DNA from: an uncultured Hyphomicrobiales bacterium
GTDB lineage: Bacteria; Bacteroidota; Ignavibacteria; Kapaibacteriales; UBA2268
DNA length: 64,000 bases
Direction: 5' to 3'
NCBI GenBank assembly: GCA_964473465.1
Contig: CAYYPE010000002.1
Coordinates: 48,487 to 112,486, forward strand
Shown: positions 60,310-64,000 of the stretch, piece by piece
Layout of the letters: each line of letters starts with the position of its first letter
How positions within the stretch are numbered: position 1 is the first letter of the stretch
The notes under the pieces: generated by a model
Seen by the model: only the letters and a program-made list of their open reading frames with translations
Databases searched by the model: none
What the model was told of the DNA's origin: nothing
Translations under genes and position numbers: made by a program

Positions 60310-61323
60310 ATGGCATTGATCAATATTTCGGGGCTTGTAACAATTAATTCTCATATTGCAAGGGAAGAGGCATTATATCCCGAAGCAACAGGAAAATTTA
60401 CCAGTTTGATAAACGATTTAACTCTGGCAATGCGGATAATTGCATGGGAAGTCCGCAGAGCTGGTATCAACGATATTCTTGGACTTACTGAAAGCACTAA
60501 TGTTCATGGCGAAAAAGTCAGAAAGCTCGATGAATACGCAAATAGTATCATTAATCGTGCTATGGATCATAGCGGTCACTTTTGTATTATGGCTTCGGAA
60601 GAATCACAGGGTATGATTAAAATACCCGAAAAATTCAAAAAAGGAAAATATGTTCTTGTCTTTGATCCACTTGATGGCTCAACAAATATTGACGTTAATG
60701 CACCAATTGGAACAGTCTTTTCGATTTATAGAAGATTAGACCCTCAATCCGAGACTGATGGCACGCTTGATGATATTCTTCAAAAGGGTGTTAATCAAGT
60801 TGCAGCAGGATATTTTCTTTTCGGCAGCAGCACAATATTTGTCTATACAAGTGGAAATGGCTTGAATGTATTCACTTATGATCCAACCATTGGAGAATTC
60901 ATTTTAACTTTCGAAAATTTAAAAATTCCCAAATCTGGAAATTATTATAGCGTAAATGAAGGATATTATTATGGTTGGGATAAAAAAATCCAGAACTATG
61001 TGAATTATCTTAAGTCCTCGTATGACAGTAAAAAATCTTATTCACTTCGTTATATTGCTACAGCTGTGGCAGACATTCACAGGACATTGCACTATGGCGG
61101 CATTTATATGTATCCCCCAGACAAAAAAATGCCCAATGGAAAAATCCGACTGGTTTACGAAGCAAATCCACTTGCAATGATTATAGAACAGGCCGGGGGA
61201 AAAGCTATTGATGGACAAAGAAGAATTTTAGACATAAAGCCAGAATCCATTCATCAAAGGGTTCCTTTCTATGCCGGAAGTGTTGATGAAGTTGAGTTGC
61301 TTGAAAAATTTCTTAACGAGTAA
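60310..61323 (+). CDS. fbp: Class 1 fructose-1,6-bisphosphatase
   Basis: GEKVRKLD, ASEE, FDPLDGSTNID, YSVNEG, DIHRTL..GGI, RLVYEANP. Confidence 0.95.
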   Translation: MALINISGLVTINSHIAREEALYPEATGKFTSLINDLTLAMRIIAWEVRRAGINDILGLTESTNVHGEKVRKLDEYANSIINRAMDHSGHFCIMASEESQGMIKIPEKFKKGKYVLVFDPLDGSTNIDVNAPIGTVFSIYRRLDPQSETDGTLDDILQKGVNQVAAGYFLFGSSTIFVYTSGNGLNVFTYDPTIGEFILTFENLKIPKSGNYYSVNEGYYYGWDKKIQNYVNYLKSSYDSKKSYSLRYIATAVADIHRTLHYGGIYMYPPDKKMPNGKIRLVYEANPLAMIIEQAGGKAIDGQRRILDIKPESIHQRVPFYAGSVDEVELLEKFLNE

Positions 61324-61352
61324 TACTGTATAAATAATCTTTGCCATAACCT

Positions 61353-62066
61353 ATGCACCTGAACAGTTTACTTTTCACACAAATCGTTAAGACGGGTTTC
61401 AGAATTGCAAATCTTGGTTGTGGAGTTAATGAGGTTCTGTGGTATAGGCATCTGCCCTCCAATTGTATAATTGATGGTTATGATTTGAATATTCCGAACG
61501 AAGGTTTCAACTTAAACAATTCAAGATTTAATTTTTTTAAAAAAGATATTACAAAACTATATAAACTCGAAAATTTAAAAGAAATATACGATTTAGTAAT
61601 TGCTGATAATGTTTATTCAAGTAAGAAAAATACTGATGAACTGACACAATCAATCAAGCACATTCTGAAACCTGATGGCTTTATTCACATTGGAATACCC
61701 GATGCAAGTAATTTTACAGACTGTTTCTATCGTTTGGTTCATACTGATGGCGGTGGTCATATAAATGATTTTACAAAAGACACAATGCTCGAGCTGATGA
61801 AGAAATTCGGATTCAAGCCATATAAAATCAGGGAATGGCCAGAAGATTGGATGTGGCTGGAAAGTGCTCTCGATTTGGAGCATTATAATAAAGAATATAT
61901 TTCAAAAGCTGATTTAACATATATTGCCAACCAATTCCGTAAAGAACTTCTCCCCGAAAAAGGATATTTTTATGGCTGGGAATTTCTGTTTGTTAGGGAC
62001 AATCACCCTGTATTAACCACGAAAACACCTGTCAGAAGAGGCTATGGAGATTATATCTCTAAATAA
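61353..62066 (+). CDS. Class I SAM-dependent methyltransferase (possibly truncated by a frameshift)
   Basis: NLGCG motif I variant, YDLVIA, LKPDG.I.IG.P, GHI..F. Confidence 0.65.
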   Translation: MHLNSLLFTQIVKTGFRIANLGCGVNEVLWYRHLPSNCIIDGYDLNIPNEGFNLNNSRFNFFKKDITKLYKLENLKEIYDLVIADNVYSSKKNTDELTQSIKHILKPDGFIHIGIPDASNFTDCFYRLVHTDGGGHINDFTKDTMLELMKKFGFKPYKIREWPEDWMWLESALDLEHYNKEYISKADLTYIANQFRKELLPEKGYFYGWEFLFVRDNHPVLTTKTPVRRGYGDYISK

Positions 62067-62163
62067 GCAAAAATCTTTTCCTTATTGTATTTTTATTCCG
62101 AGGGATACCGGAGCCAATGAATATTTCAGAGTGCCTCTGGCCAAAAAGTGGATAATTGTATAG

Positions 62164-62195
62164 AAAAAAAACAAGGGGCATGCCCTTGTTTTTTT
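62164..62195. terminator. Bidirectional intrinsic terminator
   Basis: A-run-CAAGGG / CCCTTG-T-run hairpin between convergent genes. Confidence 0.8.
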
Positions 62196-62231
62196 GAGAG
62201 TAGAACACAGATTTCTGTAAGTTATAAGCAG

Positions 62232-62471
62232 TTAGAAGTATTGCTCTTCTTCGTCATCGTTATAAAAATACTCTTCAGAGGAAATATCCTCGTATTCGGG
62301 CCATAGATCTTCAATGCCTTCGATTAATTCATCAGTATCATCCAATTCATAAAGATTATCAATAACTTGCTGAGGGCAACCGGAACGATTGGCATAATCA
62401 ATTAGTTCCTCTTTGGTTGCTGGCCAGGGAGCGTCTTCTAAATACTTTGCTAATTCAGGAGTCCAGAACAT
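62232..62471 (-). CDS. DUF2795 family protein
   Basis: MFWTPELAKYLEDAPWPATKEELIDYA.RSG.P...IEDLWP with an acidic tail. Confidence 0.88.
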   Translation of the reverse strand: MFWTPELAKYLEDAPWPATKEELIDYANRSGCPQQVIDNLYELDDTDELIEGIEDLWPEYEDISSEEYFYNDDEEEQYF

Positions 62472-62676
62472 AATTTATTCCTCAAATTTTTTGTTATCAA
62501 TATTTAAATTTGGCAAAAATATAAAAATTTTAATCCTGATTATAATCGAAAGAATTTAAGTTCTATTTTAGTTATTTCCTCATTTTAATTAACATTCTAA
62601 ACTATGTTTTTTAAAAAAACTTAAAAAACAATCCAAAAAGTTTTGCAAATATAATATAGTCGAAATAGAAAAAAAA

Positions 62677-63144
62677 TTAAAAAATAATTTTCAATTGATT
62701 TGAGTTACTATCGAATGTATATTGATATTTCTTTAAGGAAGAAATATTAGAGCCGTCATCAGGACCTTTGACCACCGAACCATCGCTGGCTGAAAATCTT
62801 GAGTTATGGCAGTAGCAGTTAAGGATATTACTGCTATCCGGGACATCTACTTCACAGCCCTGATGAGTGCAAAATAAACTAAGAATCAAAAACTCTGTCT
62901 GACTCTTCCTGATAATAAGAAGAGGTAGGTTATTTTCGGTAATTTTTTGAAATTTACCTACTTCGTTCAAGACAGGATATTGATTAAGACTGATGAGCAA
63001 TTCCTTGCTTTTAATTCCTGTAGGTTCCTGATGTTCACAGGAATTCAGTAACTGAGATAGAGGAACAAATACCAGACCTGCCCCAATTGCAGAGCCAAAA
63101 TTTAATATAAATTTTCGTCTATTTTCTGTATTTTTCATAATCAT
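62677..63144 (-). CDS. Rieske [2Fe-2S] lipoprotein with twin-arginine signal
   Basis: NRRKFI signal, LNSC lipobox, CTHQGC and CYCHNSRF. Confidence 0.88.
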   Translation of the reverse strand: MIMKNTENRRKFILNFGSAIGAGLVFVPLSQLLNSCEHQEPTGIKSKELLISLNQYPVLNEVGKFQKITENNLPLLIIRKSQTEFLILSLFCTHQGCEVDVPDSSNILNCYCHNSRFSASDGSVVKGPDDGSNISSLKKYQYTFDSNSNQLKIIF

Positions 63145-63159
63145 TTTGAAATAAAGTGA

Positions 63160-63191
63160 AAGTTACCACCATTGATTTATGGTGGCAACTT
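63160..63191 (-). other. Stem-loop between yceI and the Rieske gene
   Basis: Minus strand AAGTTGCCACCAT / ATGGTGGTAACTT. Confidence 0.6.
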
Positions 63192-63202
63192 ATTTAAAAA
63201 GC

Positions 63203-63874
63203 TTAATTTGAATTATAGAATAATTTAAATGTTATATCAATTTCTTTTCCAACTTTGCTTCCAATGACACCTTTAGTTCCCTGAACTTTATAGTCAGCGA
63301 GTTTAATAGAAAATGACCCCTCGACAAAAAGGAAATCACCATTGGCTCTTTTCTTGGTAAAATCAGATTCTTTTACAAAAGTAATTTTAACTTTTGCGGT
63401 TATGTTTTTGGAAATACCTCTCATGGTAAATACCCCAACTGCAGTTGCTTCGGCAGTAGCTCTTCCGAGAGGCGGATCTTTCTGAACGACTTTGACATCC
63501 TTCAGATTTTTTAGTTCAAATTTTATTTCTGGGAACTGTGAAGCATCTAACCAATTTGGCCCATGAAGATGCTCATCTCTTGTTTTGATACCTGTTTCCA
63601 TCCCGTTTACCTTGAAAATCACTGTTCCGGTTGCATTTTCAATGTTTGCGGGATTTAAAGTAACTGAACTTGAGATTACATCTTTATCCACGAACCCGGT
63701 AATATCTTCTAGTGGAGCAGAAGAACTGAAGCGAAGTTCGTTTTGTCCGACATTGTTGTTTAGACTGAACTTTTTGTCTCCCGATAAATTCAGTCCGAAA
63801 TCGGTTGAAAAGGCTGGATTAAGGGCTGAAATAAACAGAGCCCCTAAAGCTATTAATTTTATTAATTTAAACAT
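63203..63874 (-). CDS. YceI family protein
   Basis: Signal peptide, F.S.APLE...G, TGIKTRDEHL....WLDA.QFP.I.F, G.FTMRG, F.I.LADY. Confidence 0.9.
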   Translation of the reverse strand: MFKLIKLIALGALFISALNPAFSTDFGLNLSGDKKFSLNNNVGQNELRFSSSAPLEDITGFVDKDVISSSVTLNPANIENATGTVIFKVNGMETGIKTRDEHLHGPNWLDASQFPEIKFELKNLKDVKVVQKDPPLGRATAEATAVGVFTMRGISKNITAKVKITFVKESDFTKKRANGDFLFVEGSFSIKLADYKVQGTKGVIGSKVGKEIDITFKLFYNSN

Positions 63875-64000
63875 AATTCACCTTGATAAATATTAAAAAT
63901 ATTCCTTAATAACGAAATAGTTTTATATCTATTAATTTATTAATTAACATTGATTAAATATTTGTTCTGATTTCTTTCTTATTTTTTTGAATTCTTAACA

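Overview
AT-rich bacterial chromosome segment, probably from the FCB group (Kapabacteria/Ignavibacteria-like). That placement is an inference from five large Sec-signal proteins with T9SS-type C-terminal sorting domains, a PorD-like gene, DUF2795 and DUF4270-like genes, Bacteroidota-type TAnnTTTG promoter elements and clear Shine-Dalgarno sites. Main content: (1) an NfnAB-type pair and a divergent glutamine synthetase beside an arginine catabolism operon (OTC, carbamate kinase, atypical ATCase, ornithine aminotransferase, and a P-loop protein matching the arginine synthetase ArcE family; no arginine deiminase in the window); (2) an intracellular Cys-rich subtilase followed by a small gene that looks like a free-standing copy of its own propeptide; (3) tRNA-Pro(GGG), an NfeD-flotillin pair, bamD and other housekeeping genes; (4) a RAYT/IS200-type tyrosine transposase flanked by REP-like palindromes; (5) a TonB-dependent receptor plus a T9SS-anchored beta-helix partner, both preceded by an 11-bp-periodic TTAAC repeat, followed by arsC-arsM; (6) a 1862-aa surface protein; (7) a GlgA homolog and an aspartokinase homolog with degenerate catalytic motifs. 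No CRISPR array, rRNA or prophage was seen. All family assignments come from motif recognition by eye, not from database searches.
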